In this document: positions 52,501 through 64,000 of the stretch, in pieces
Numbering within the stretch: position 1 is the first letter of the stretch
How the letters are laid out: each line of letters starts with the position of its first letter
Assembly (NCBI GenBank): GCA_963803435.1
Contig: CAWDML010000001.1
Location: forward strand, 3,104,001 to 3,168,000
DNA: 64,000 nucleotides
Direction of reading: 5' to 3'
DNA from: an uncultured delta proteobacterium
Lineage (GTDB): Bacteria; Myxococcota; Kuafuiibacteriia; Kuafuiibacteriales; Kuafuiibacteriaceae
Notes under the pieces: generated by a model
Told to the model about the DNA's origin: nothing
The model's database searches: none
Seen by the model: the letters and a program-made list of their open reading frames with translations, nothing else
Made by a program: the position numbers and the translations under genes

Positions 52501-55500
52501 TCACGCGGAACACGATGGTGCCGGCCGGCGCTTCCGCCGAGACCGCGCGCAGCCGGACCGGACTCCCGCCCTCGTCGGCGTACTCCTGCTGGACCACGCC
52601 GCGCGGCAGATCGCTCGTCACGAACGAGATGCCGTTCGCCTCGCTGATCTCGACCACGTACCGATTCACGTCGAAGTCGCCGCGGCTGTCGGAGGCCCGG
52701 ATCGCGAAGCTGTAGAACCCGACCTTCCCCGGGATCCCGTAGATCCGATCGCGCTCGAGGATCAGGCCGTCGGGTAAGCTGCCGCCGGCCAGCGCGAACT
52801 CGAAGGGTGAGGCGCCGGTGCCGGGCGCGACGCGCAACGTGACGTCGTACTCTTCGCCGAGGCTTCCGTCGGGCAGGACGTCGTCGGACATGCGGACCGT
52901 GTCGTCCGGGTTCACGACGCGGATCGCGATCGGTCGGTCGTCGAAGGCGCCGGTGGCGTCCTCCACGCGAAACGTCAGGGTGTCGACCGCAGGCATGGTG
53001 GGCGCGCCGAAGATGACGCCGTTCGCGTCCATCTCGAGCCCCGGCGGCAACAGGCCGTCGACCGTCCAGCGATAGGGCGGGATGCCGCCGAACGCGGTCA
53101 ACGGATAGCGATAGGGGTGGGCGACGAACCCGGGCACCAGGGAGCGGGTCACGATCTCGAGCGGGAGCGTCTTCGCCGAGACGATGACGGTGAATGACTT
53201 CACGCTGGTGAGCATCCCGGCGCGCACCGAGACCGTGAACGTGAAGATGCCTTCCTCGGTGGTGGTCCCGGACAGCAGCCCGCCGGCGTCGAGCGTGAGA
53301 CCGGTCGGCAGCGTACCGCCTGCGATCGACCAGACGTAGCCGCCGGTGCCGCCGGCGGCGCCGAACAGCACCTGGTACTCGGTGCCGAGCACCGCCACCG
53401 GGAGGTCACCGGTGAGGATCACGAGCTGGCTCGCGAGGACCACCAGAGTGCCCTGGCTGGCGACCCGGTTGTTGCCCTCGTCGAGCTCCTCGGTCGCGTC
53501 CGCCGGATCCAGCACGTAGCCGACGTAGTAGTTGCCGCCGGCGACGGTGGAGGGGACGTGCACGCGGTCGACGCCGACGTCCTCACCGAAGGCCGAGAGC
53601 GCCACCGTCCCGGTTCCGATCGGCACGTCGGTCATCGGATCGATCGTCGAGTCCGAAGAGAGATAGATCTGATAGTCGATCCCGCCGGGAGCGTTTCCGG
53701 CGTTGGCCATCGTCCGCGCGACCACGAACGACTCGCCGGCAGCGGCGTTGATCGGGAGCCGGATCTCGGAAACGGTGAAGTCCGGCGCTGGGGCACGCGC
53801 GTCCAGCTTCCTCTGCGTGCGGCCGATGTTGTTGGTCTCGAACTGCTCGATCACGCTGCTCTGCGAGTCGGCGATGAGCCCCAGATAGTACATCCCGGGC
53901 GCCAGCGAGGCCGGGACGTCGAGCGTGTGCATCACCTGCACCGACTGGCCCGGCGCCAGCGTGATGGGGCCGAGCTCGCCGAGCAGCGGATCGGTGAGCG
54001 AGTTGATGAGCTCGTTCTCCGAGAGGTGGAACGCGTAGTAGAACGGCGGGGTGGTGGCGCCGCCGGTATTGCTGATGCGGGCCGAGACCTGGAGCTGGCC
54101 GCCGATGAAGATGAAGTTGCCGACGGCGTCGACCTGGCTCGCCACCACGTCGGCCCCGGCGACCTCGGTCGTGCTGAGCGAGATCCCGACGTTGTTGTTT
54201 TCGTTCGCCTCGGCGATCGCGTTCGTGAAGTCGACCTGGGCGATGACCCAGTAGTCGCCCGGGACGATGGTGCCGGGGATCTGGTATGGGACGCTGACGG
54301 GCGTGTTCGGCTGGGCAGGCACCGCGACGGTGGCAGTGCCGATCAGGTAGTCGGTCGCCGGGTTCAGGAGCGTGTCGGCGGAGAGATAGACCGCGACCCC
54401 CACGGCCGGCTGAGCCGATCCGTTGTTCACGATGGTGACCTCGGCGTTGCCGACCTCGTTCGGTCCGGTCGACCCGATCGGCGCGACGGCGACCGCCAGA
54501 TCCGCACCCACCAGGAATGCAGTGGTCGCGACCACCGCGTTGTTGGTCTCGATCGTCTCCATCACCTGGTTGTTGGAGTCGATGATCGCGCCGACCGTGT
54601 AGAGCCCGGGAGCCACGTTGGGCACGGTGGTGTTGAGGGTCCGCATCGCCAATCCCATCTGGGCGATGCTCGCGAAGTTGGCGGTACCGAGCAGCATGTC
54701 CGTGGGCTCGATGACGCTGTTGTCGGTCGAGAAGTAGAATGCGGCCGCGAAGGCCCCTGACGGCTGCGTCCCGATGTTCTGCACGGTCAGGGCGATGCTC
54801 AGCGGAGCGCCCACGTCTCCGCCGGTCCCGGAGGTCGCGCTGCCCACGAGCTCCGGCCCCACCGGGAGGGCGAACTCGATCACCTGATCGACCAGCGCCT
54901 GGAGATCGACGGCACCGCAGTTGCCGTTCACGGCACAGGGCAGCGGGACCACGGCGTCGGTACCACCGTCGTTCTCGATCCCGACGACCGCGAAGTCCCA
55001 GAGGAAGTCGTCCGCAGCGCTCGTGAACGGGCCATAGTGGAAGCGCACCGAGCCTGAGGCCTCGTCGAGACGGATCTGGTAGTTCGCGTGGGAGATGCTC
55101 CCGCCTCCGAAGTCGTAGTGCGAGACGTTGCTCCACTCGATCACGAGCTGGCGGTTGGGAGCCGACCCCATCACCTGGGTCGAGACGGCGGCGTTCGGCG
55201 CGTCGAGGATCATGTCGTCCCAGAACACGCCCAGGATCCGATCCGGTGGCTCGGTCGACGGCATGGGGATCGACTGGTAGTCGATGTCGTAGACGCAGCG
55301 GCTCTGCACGCAGGCACCGGTGAACTGATCGCACTCGGCGTCCCCGGTGCAGCTGTTCGCGAAGATGGCGGCGCCGTTCACGCCGACGTCGATCGTGTCG
55401 TAGCTGACCCCGTAATAGGAGAAGGGAAAGGGGATGCTCACCGACGCCATTCCGTCGTCATCGTCGGTCAGCGAGAGCGGGGCGGCGCCGGTCAGCGGGA

Positions 55501-58500
55501 CGTAGGGCGCCGAGTATTGTGCGGCGACGTAGAGCTGCGCGGAGGCGGGCGCAGAGGAGAGCACCAGCCCGAGCACCGCCAGCGTGGGCGCGATCCGGCG
55601 CCGCGAGCGGAGGACGAAGGCCAGCGGGAGCAGCAGCAGGCCCCACAGGCCGCCCGAGCGGCCGCCGGACGTGGTGCAACCGCACCCACCGCTCTCGTCC
55701 GGCATCTCCACCACCACTGGCGTCCGCGACACGATCGCGAACGGTCGCTCGTCAAAGCGGCCCTTGGCGTCGAAGACCCGCGCCGTGAACGCCCAGGTGC
55801 CCTCGCGCTCCAGGTTGCCGCGCACGACCAGATCGTTCTCCGTCTCACCCTCGGCGATGCCATCGCTCTGCTCGACGACGAACCCCGGAGGGAGGAAGCC
55901 TTCACCGCGGATGAGCTCCCAGGTGTAAGGCTGGGCGCCGCCCTCGGCCTTGATGAGCGCGCGATACTCGGTGTTCGGCGCGCCCACCGGCAGCTCCTCG
56001 GTGGCGATCGCGAACCGGCCGGTCGCCAGCACGGCCATGGTGAGCTGGTTGGTGTCCGCGTTGCCGCGCTCGTCGGTGACCTCGACGCGGAAGCGATAGC
56101 TGCGGGCGATCTCGGGGATGCCGGCGAGCACACCAGTGTTGGTGATGCTGAGGCCCGGAGGGAGTGTGGTGACCGCGCGCCAGGCGAGCGCTCCGACACC
56201 TCCGACGGCGATGAGCTGCTGGGAGTAGGGCTCCTCGATCTGACCGTCGATGAGGTCCGAGCTCACGATCGTGAGGTTCCCCGGCGAGCGAATGTCGAGG
56301 TTCAACGCCACGCTCGCGGTGGCGGACATGTTGTCGCGCACCTCGACCGAGAACGCCGCGAAGCCTGCCTGATCGGGTGAGCCGAACAGCGTGCCGTCCG
56401 GCGCCAGCAGGACCCCGCGCGGGAGCGAGCCCTCGCGGAGCCGCCAGCTGTATGGGCGTGCGCCGCCGACCGCGACCAGCGAGACGGCGTAGTCTCCACC
56501 GAGGGTGCCGTCGGGGAGCATGTGCGTGGCGATCGTCAGCGGATAGCTGGGATCGAGGACCTCGAGGTCCAGCGTCTTCATCCCGGTGACGTTGCCCGAG
56601 GTGGCGCGGATCTGGAGCTCGAACGAGCCCACGGTGAGCGGCACGCCGGCCAGCTCGCCGGTGGACGGGCTGAACGTCATGCCCGAGGGCAGGCTCCCCG
56701 AGGCCAGCGAGTACGTGAAGACGCCGGTGCCTCCGGCGGCGCGGACGCGGGCCGAGTAGCCCTGTCCGAGCGTAGCCGGCGGGAGGGCGTCGGTGATGAT
56801 CGCGACGTCGGCGGAGGAGACGATCACGCGCTCGGCGGATCGTCCGATGTTGTTGGTCTCGTCGAGCTCGGCGAGCGTGAGATCGGGATCGAGGATCAGA
56901 CCGAAGTAGTAGGCCCCGGTGGCGATCCCGGCGGGCACCATCGCGGTGAGCGTGCCGGTGACGGTCTCCCGGGGCTGGGTGTCGAAGCCAACGCGTCCGC
57001 CGAGCGGGAAGTCCGAGATCGTGATCGCCGAGTTGCTGGACAGGTAGCCCTGCATCTCGAGGCGGCCCGGCTCGTTGCCGAAGTTCTGCACGCGGTAGGC
57101 GACCGAGAGCATCTCGCCGGGGCGGACCTCGGTCGCGAGCGGGCGCAGCGAGAGCACGCGGAGGTCGGGGGCCCGGTCGGCGATGCGAACGGTCTGGGTG
57201 GAGAAGGCGAAGTTGTTCGCCTCGGAGGTCTCGTCGATCTCGTCGAGCTGATCCACGCGGACGCCCACCCGGTACTGCCCGACCGGTTGATCGTTCGGGA
57301 CCTCGACTTCGAAGGAGACGGAGCGGGACTCGTAGCCTGACAGCGTGATCGGGCCACTCTGGAACAGGAGCGCGCCGCCGGCGGTGGAGGTGCCGGTGCC
57401 CGGGATCAGATAGACACCGTAGCGAAAGGGGCCGAGCGGATCCTGATGCCGGCTGATCACGCGGGCGGAGGCCGGGAACGGGAGGCCGGGATAACCGACG
57501 TGCGGGACCTGAACGCCGGCGACCGTGACGTCCTCACCGGCGTCCGCGATCACCGTGATCTTCTGATCGGGGAGCCCGAGGATGGTGGCGTTGTCGCACG
57601 GGTTCGCCTGGCAGGGCCCGAGCCACATCCCGGCGGTCCCCGAGGTGTTCTCCATGCCGATGCGCGCATCGATCAGCGTCGGCTGGCCCAGAAAGTCGGT
57701 GCCGATCGACATCGGCCCGAAGTGGATGTCGAACATCGACGACAGCCCTTCGTGCAGCGTGATCTGGAAGGTCGCGCTGCTCGCCGTCTGATCATCGGTG
57801 TAGTGACGAAGCCGCCGGAACTCGATCGTGATGCTGCCGTCCCCTGGGCTGGGATCGATCCGATAGAAGACGCCCATTCCGGGGTTCGACACTCCGAAGC
57901 AACCGACCGCATCCGCGCACCAATCCGACCAGAGCCCCGCGATGAAGCCGTTCGGCGACCCCACCGACGGGATGACGCCCGGCGGGTAGTGATTGCCGAA
58001 GCCGAGATCCATCACGCCGATCAGCCCGTTCGCGTTGATCCAGACCGCGCTCTGCGGCTGGCCGTAGAAGTAGAACTCGAAAGGGAGCGGGATCATCACC
58101 GTGTTCCCATCCCCGAGGCCGGAGGTCATCTGCGCGGAGCCGTCGAGCGGCTCGAAGGGCTCGACGCTCTCGAAGACCTGATAAGGGACCGCCTGAGCCC
58201 GGGCGGTCGCCGGCAGCACCGCCAAGCCGACGAGGAGCAGCGCGCTCCGCCTCCGCCGGCCCAGGCCCCACAGACCTGCGAGCGCGGCGAGGAACAGGAA
58301 CGACCACGGCGAGCCCTGCCCGCGCCCGGCTGCGCTGCAACCGCAGCCGCCGTCGTCGCCACCGCCGCCCATGCCCTCGTCCGGAGGCTCCACGAAGATG
58401 ACGAGCGACGTGCGCGAGACGTCGTTCGAGGCGTCGCGGACCTGGACGATGAACGGGAAGGTCCCGGACTGCGAGGGCGTCCCCGAGATGACGCCGCTCG

Positions 58501-61500
58501 CAGCGTCGAGGCCGATCCCGGCGGGGAGCGATCCGTCGAGCACGCTCCAGACGAGCGAGGAGAGATCACCGCCCGGCTTCACTGCCCGCAGGCGCACGGG
58601 CTCGCCGTTCGGATCGAGGTAGTCCACGCCGACCTTCCCCGGGGGCAGGCCCGTCTCCGAGCTCTGGCCGTTCGTGATCTGCAGTGCGCCCTCCTCGAGG
58701 ATCGCCAGCACGTACGCGTTGCGATCGAGGAGACCGCGCTGATCGCGGACCTCGACCACCAGCGGATAGTCACCCGCGATCGTCGGCGTGCCGGTCAGCG
58801 TGGCGTGGTCGAGATCGAAAGACAGGCCCGGCGGGATGCGGCCCTCGAGGCGCCACTGATAGGGCGGCGTTCCGCCGGCGGCGGCGAACGAGGTGTCATA
58901 CTGGGTACCCACCTCGCCGTCCGGCACGTCCGCGGTGGTGATCGTGATGGACGACGACGGGTCGACCACGTCAATCGCGAGCAGCCCGGTCGCGAGCGCG
59001 CCCGTCAGATCGCGGACCTCGACCTCGAACGTGAAGGCGCCGATGAGCTGCGGCTCGCCGCCGAGCTCGCCGAGGGCCGAGACACCGAGGCCCGGAGGAA
59101 CCGTCCCGTTGCCGAGCGACCAGGTGTACGGCGGCGTTCCGCCCACGGCCACCAGCTGCACGCGGTACGACTCCAGCGCCAGCGCCGGCGGCAAGCGCGA
59201 CGAGACCACCTCGAGGCCGATCGTCGGAGGGGTCACGATCAAGGAGTAAGACTTGGTCGCCGACAGGTTTCCGGAGGTGACCCGCACCGTGAGCGGGTGG
59301 CTCCCCTCGCCCGCCGCCGTGGGCGTGCCGTGGAGCTCACCGAGCGCCGGATCGAACGAGAGGCCGGCCGGAGCGCCGTTCGGCCAGGTGACCGACCAGG
59401 CGTAGTCCTCCACGCCGCCGACTGCAGAGAAGCGCCGCGTGTACTCGACGCCGATGATCGCGGGCGGCGGTGCCGGCGAGACGATCGCGAGGTCCGCACC
59501 GACCACCACGATCGGCCCGACCGACGCGGTGTTGTTGTCCTCGTAGACCTCGTCGACCAGGTCGTCCGGATCGACGATCGCGCCGATGTAGTAGTTGCCT
59601 GAGGGGAGGTCGCCCGGGATCGACGCCCAGACCGCCGACGTCGACTCGCCCGGCGGGGTCAACGGGACCGCCGTCGCGCTGTCGTAGATCGAGGGATCCG
59701 TGTCGGTGATGCCCGCGTTGTCGGAGACGACGATGCGCAGGTGCGTGGCGCCGGGGGCGTTGCCCAGGTTGGCGAAGCGGACGGCCACCGGGAGCTGCTC
59801 ACCCGCCGCAGCCGCCGAGCTGGTGGAGATCTCCAGAGGGATGAAGTCGGGCGCAACATCGCGGATCAGGATCGTCTGATCGCGGCGCTTCGTGTTGTTG
59901 GTCTCGATCGCCTCATTCACCACGGTCTGACAGTCGGCGACGCCCGCGATGTACCAGGTCCCGGTGGCGGTGTCGGTCGGGATCATGGGCTGGAGCATCA
60001 GCGTGGCGGATTCGCCCGGCACCAGCGTCATCAGGCCGGTCTCGATCAGGACCGTGTCCGAGACCAGCGAGATGAGCAGGTTGTCGGAGAGGACCACGCA
60101 GGCGGTGAAGTCGCGCGCGGTGGCGCCGCCCGTGTTGTGGATCCGTAGGCCGACCGGATAGGTGAGTCCGCGGAACGCGATGTCGGCTCCGGTGAAGGTC
60201 TCGGCGACCAGATCGGGGCCGTCGATGTCGACGGTCGTGGGCGACGAGATCTCGTTGTTGTTCTCGTTCGGCTCCGCGATCTGATCGGTGTCGTCGATGT
60301 CCGCGATGACGTAGTAGTTGGGCGGGCTCGGCTGGATCCCGGGCGGTACCGTCAGACTCACCGTTCCGTTGAACGTGAAGCCGTCCGGCAGCGTGATCAG
60401 CTGCGTCGGGTCGATCATCGTGTCGAACGAGTCGAGCATCTCGTTGGTCGAGAAGTAGAAGGTGACGCTGACGGGCGTGGCGACCGGCGCGCCCCGGTTC
60501 GTCAGCGTGAAGTCGATGTCGAGCACCTCGCCCGGTCCGGTGACCGCCGGGATCGCGACCGAGCCGGTGAGGTCGGGCGCCGTGGCGATCGGTCCGGAGA
60601 AGACCGTGTTGTTGGTCTCGACCACCTCGGCGACCGTGTTGTTCGTATCGACGACGATCGCCACGTAGTACGTCCCGACCGGCGTGCCCGGGGGCATCAT
60701 CACCGTCCGCATCACGTTGACCACGCTGGAGGCGGCCTGGCCGTTCTGGTTGAAGTTGCCGAGGGGCGTGCCGCCCGTGATCGAGGTGTTGGTGGTGGTG
60801 AGGTACAGAGCGCAGGCATAGTTCCCGGCGGGCATCAGGCCCAGGTTCCGGAGCGCGATGTCGACCGTGAAGTTGGTGCCGGGATACGCCCCGGGCGGCG
60901 CCGTGATCGACGCCGTCAGCTCGGGCTGGTTGGGGAGCTGCACGCTGATGGTCTTGCCGGCCGGCTGCCAGTTGAGCGAGGCGCAGGACGCAGGCGAGCA
61001 CATGCACCCGGCGCCGCAGCCCGTGAACATCCCCATCAGGTTGAAGCCCTCGGTGCCGTCGACGTTCTCGACGGCCGCCGTCGCGCCGGAGATGCCGGCG
61101 TTGGGCCCGTAGACCACGTCGAACTGCGCGTTCCCCTCGTGGAGGATGACCTGGAACGAGAGGCTCGAATCCGCTGGGGTTGAAGAACTCGTGGAGCCCC
61201 GACACCTGGATCACGAACGTGCGGTTCGGCGCGGTGCCCAGGGCCTGGGATCGGATCTCGCCGGTCCCGCCGCTGCCGTCGAGGTCTGACCACGCGACCC
61301 CTATGTAGTTGTGCACCGTGTTGCTGGCGCTCGGCACCGTGAAGGGCGGGCCCAGGATGCTGGGGCCGTTCATCGGCAGCGGCGAGAACGTCACGAACCC
61401 GTTCGTGTGGACGAAGATCTGGTTGTACGTGCCGTTGAAGAACGTGAAGTCGAACGGCAGCGAGATCTGCACGAAGCCCTCGTCCCAGGGATCGAACGTG

Positions 61501-61670
61501 CTCGTCGGATCGACCAGCACCGGCGTATGCACCGTCCCGCCGGTGATCGGCGTGTAGGTCCCGTTGGAGTGGGTGGTCAGATACGGGGTCTGAGCGCTGG
61601 CGTCGGAGGAGAACGAGGTGACGAGCCCGGCTGCGACGAGAGCCGGGCCGAGGTATTTGAGGACATGCAT
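49600..61670 (-). CDS. ~4,022-aa four-unit surface polyprotein (head domain + CARDB + He_PIG + MYXO-CTERM, x4) with +1 frameshifts at ~61169 and ~49755
   Basis: ORFs 61670-59913 and 61117-49493 join at GAATC. The true C-terminus GCSC..WWLLLLAVFIGRKPRRQR* is in the shifted frame. The span of 12071 nt minus 2 is a multiple of 3. Three internal MYXO-CTERM + signal peptide junctions. Confidence 0.88.
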
Positions 61671-61677
61671 GTTGGTG

Positions 61678-64000
61678 TCAGAGGCACTCGGGCCGGTAGG
61701 TGATGGTGATCTCCGAGCCCGGCTCCGGAATCGCGAGGGGCGCGAAGTTCACCGTGTTGGTGGCGGGATCATAGGTCCAGCGGACCTGACCCGCGGGGCC
61801 CACGGCATCGACTGGAACACCGTCGACGATCACCTCCACCGTACCCGCCACCGGCTGGTTGGTGAGGAAGAACCGCGACTTGTAGCCGAACACCGAGAGA
61901 CCGAGGTTCTGGAGCGACTGGGCCCAGTCCGCCGTGCAGATCGACTCGAAGATGCCACCGCTCCGCTCGGCGGTGGCCGCATAGCGCGAGCCCGCCTCGG
62001 CGGTGGCGCAACCGCCGGGAACGTCGCCGACGATCGCAGAGGCGGAGAACAGGTTCGTGTTCCGGAAGCCTTTGATCGCCAGGAAGTAGTTCACGTAGAA
62101 GTCGACGGCGTTCGACGACTGATCCTCTTCGTCGGAGAGGAAGATCAGCGCCAGGTACGCGTTCGTCCGCAGGAACCCGTTGTTCCAGCCGGTGATCACC
62201 GGGCTGGAGAGCGCGAGGTACGCGGCCTCCAGACCGCGCTCCGTCCCGGACCCGTTGATGCCCTGCGACACGATCGCCGAGAAGGCCTGCGTCGCCGAGG
62301 GCTGCTCGTCGGGCGTGATCAGCCGCCAGTTCGGGTTCATCTGGGAGCCGTCGCCGTTGCCGTCGGCGAAGTAGCCGCACTGGCCCTGGGCCAGGCTGTT
62401 GGGCCGCTGCGCCGGCGCGGGAGAGGGGCAGCCGTCCACGTCGGTGGTGACCACGCCGATGCGGTAGTCGAGGGCCTGGCTGTCGGCGAACTGGATGAAG
62501 GCGTCGAAGTTGGAGGCGAGGCTGGTCTGCTCCTCGCTCATCGAGCAGGAGTTGTCGATGACGAAGAGGATGTCGACCTCGGGCGTCTCGAGCTGCTGGA
62601 ACTCGTCGGTGTTGACCGGATCGTCCGCGCCCTCGCCGAACATCGGGACCACGTACGGATCGACCTTGCCCCGCTCGAAGAGGTGGAAGAAGCCGTTGTC
62701 CACGCCGATGTCGACGGTCTGATAGCGCACGTTGAACGTGATCGAGGCGCCGGGGTTGATCGACGCACCGGGCGGCGCCGGGACGCCGGCGGGCAGGTTC
62801 TCGATCTTGAACTCGGCGCTGACGCCGGCAGGTAGCTCGATCCGGTCGACGAACGTCGGCGCGGTCCCGGTGTTGTAGACCGTGATCTCCCGCTGCCGCG
62901 TGGAGCAGCCGACGCCGATCTGACCGAAGTCGATCTCGTTCGGCGTGATCAGGAGCGCCGAGTCGGAGCCGACACCGTGGAGCATGACCTCCGGGTTCGA
63001 GTTCGTCGGATCCGAGATGTAGAAGCTCATCAGGCCGTCGTCGATGCCATTCATCGGCGGCGTGTACTCGACGATCACGTTCTTCTCACCGCCGGGAGGG
63101 ACGATGATGCCGGTCTCGACACCGTCGGCCAGGCCGAAGGCCGAGGAGGAGCCGGGCGCGATCTCGATGTCGTTCACCAGGCAGTCGTTCGTGCCCGTGT
63201 TCGTGATCCGGACGCCCTGCGAGGTGGCGCGGAGCACCTGGACGATGCCGAAGTTCACCGCCATCGGCGTGACCGTGTAGCTGCACGGCGGGAGGTCGAC
63301 GCCCTCACCCTGGACGTCGACGAAGAAGGGGCTCTCGTCGGCGTCATCGCTGTCGATCTGAACGCGGGACGTCACGACCCCCTCGGCGGTGGGACGGAAC
63401 GTCACCTCCAGCACCTGGGCGTCGCCGGGATCCACCGTGAATGCAGAGCGATCCACCGAGTAGGCGCCGGTGCCGTCGACGTCGCCCTGGATCCGGGTGA
63501 CGGTGAGCTGGTTGTAGCCGGTGTTCTCGACGAGGACGCGGCGCTTGCCGGTGGTGCCGAGGGCGATCATCCCGAAGTTGATGGCGGCGGGGAGCACCGA
63601 GATGTCCGGCCCACCGGCCTCGCCGCGGAGCTGGATCTCGACGTCGTCCAGGTTGCGGTTGGCCGCCGGGTTCCGGCCATGGATCGTGACCCGGCCCGCG
63701 GGGTTGGTGCCCACACTGGCGACCGTCGGTGAGAACTGGGCCTCCACCTCGAAGGTCTCGTTCGGGCCCAGGTTGGAGGGCGTGCCGGTGTACCCGACCA
63801 CGGTGTACTCGGGCGCGGTGCCCGCGGTGCGATCCCAGCCGAGGACGGTGACCGCCTCGGTGGCCACGTTGCGGCAGACCGTCCGCTGCGTGGCGGTGAC
63901 GCCCGGGTTCACCTGGCCGAACAGGAGGTCCGCCGGATCGCAGACGATCGCCGCGTTGGTGCCTTCGCCGAGGAGCGAGACGCGCTGATCGCACAGCGGG
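61678..64000 (-). CDS. ASH/choice-of-anchor-D Ig repeat protein with C-terminal vWA domain, 5'-truncated by window edge
   Basis: Repeated INFG/IDFG..N.G; MIDAS DILFVIDNSCSMSEEQ, ERGLEAA, FLR..AYLALIFLSDEED. Frame open to 64000. Confidence 0.88.
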   Translation of the reverse strand, partial: PLCDQRVSLLGEGTNAAIVCDPADLLFGQVNPGVTATQRTVCRNVATEAVTVLGWDRTAGTAPEYTVVGYTGTPSNLGPNETFEVEAQFSPTVASVGTNPAGRVTIHGRNPAANRNLDDVEIQLRGEAGGPDISVLPAAINFGMIALGTTGKRRVLVENTGYNQLTVTRIQGDVDGTGAYSVDRSAFTVDPGDAQVLEVTFRPTAEGVVTSRVQIDSDDADESPFFVDVQGEGVDLPPCSYTVTPMAVNFGIVQVLRATSQGVRITNTGTNDCLVNDIEIAPGSSSAFGLADGVETGIIVPPGGEKNVIVEYTPPMNGIDDGLMSFYISDPTNSNPEVMLHGVGSDSALLITPNEIDFGQIGVGCSTRQREITVYNTGTAPTFVDRIELPAGVSAEFKIENLPAGVPAPPGASINPGASITFNVRYQTVDIGVDNGFFHLFERGKVDPYVVPMFGEGADDPVNTDEFQQLETPEVDILFVIDNSCSMSEEQTSLASNFDAFIQFADSQALDYRIGVVTTDVDGCPSPAPAQRPNSLAQGQCGYFADGNGDGSQMNPNWRLITPDEQPSATQAFSAIVSQGINGSGTERGLEAAYLALSSPVITGWNNGFLRTNAYLALIFLSDEEDQSSNAVDFYVNYFLAIKGFRNTNLFSASAIVGDVPGGCATAEAGSRYAATAERSGGIFESICTADWAQSLQNLGLSVFGYKSRFFLTNQPVAGTVEVIVDGVPVDAVGPAGQVRWTYDPATNTVNFAPLAIPEPGSEITITYRPECL

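Overview
High-GC, gene-dense window that looks like Myxococcota (eukaryote-like Ser/Thr kinases, MYXO-CTERM tags, MshEN, secreted caspase). Housekeeping blocks are zwf-opcA-pgl-gnd, argC-argJ/argB(fused)-argF, adaA/alkA-ogt, alpha-2-macroglobulin, cholesterol oxidase, Deg protease and PaaI. The main finding is at 49600-61670 (-). After removing two 1-base insertions it is one ~4,022-aa ORF built from four complete surface proteins, each with a head domain, CARDB repeats, He_PIG Ig repeats and a MYXO-CTERM tag. At each of the three internal junctions the Arg tail of the tag runs in frame into a new signal peptide ending in AxA|Q, with no stop or Met. This suggests a virus-style bacterial surface polyprotein cut by signal peptidase and myxosortase. 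Other notable items: an ECF sigma/anti-sigma/secreted caspase module with twin divergent promoters (GGTRAC-N16-GGTGTC), one pointing at a heme-c Cu-monooxygenase; a CTAG-bounded inverted-repeat element carrying a four-helix-bundle gene and a dead IS1182; and an in-frame 51-bp repeat array of GGA-loop hairpins. About 13 frameshifts or substitutions fall at or next to GATC, so they are probably methylation-driven sequencing errors rather than pseudogenes. All family calls come from motif recognition by eye; no database searches were run.
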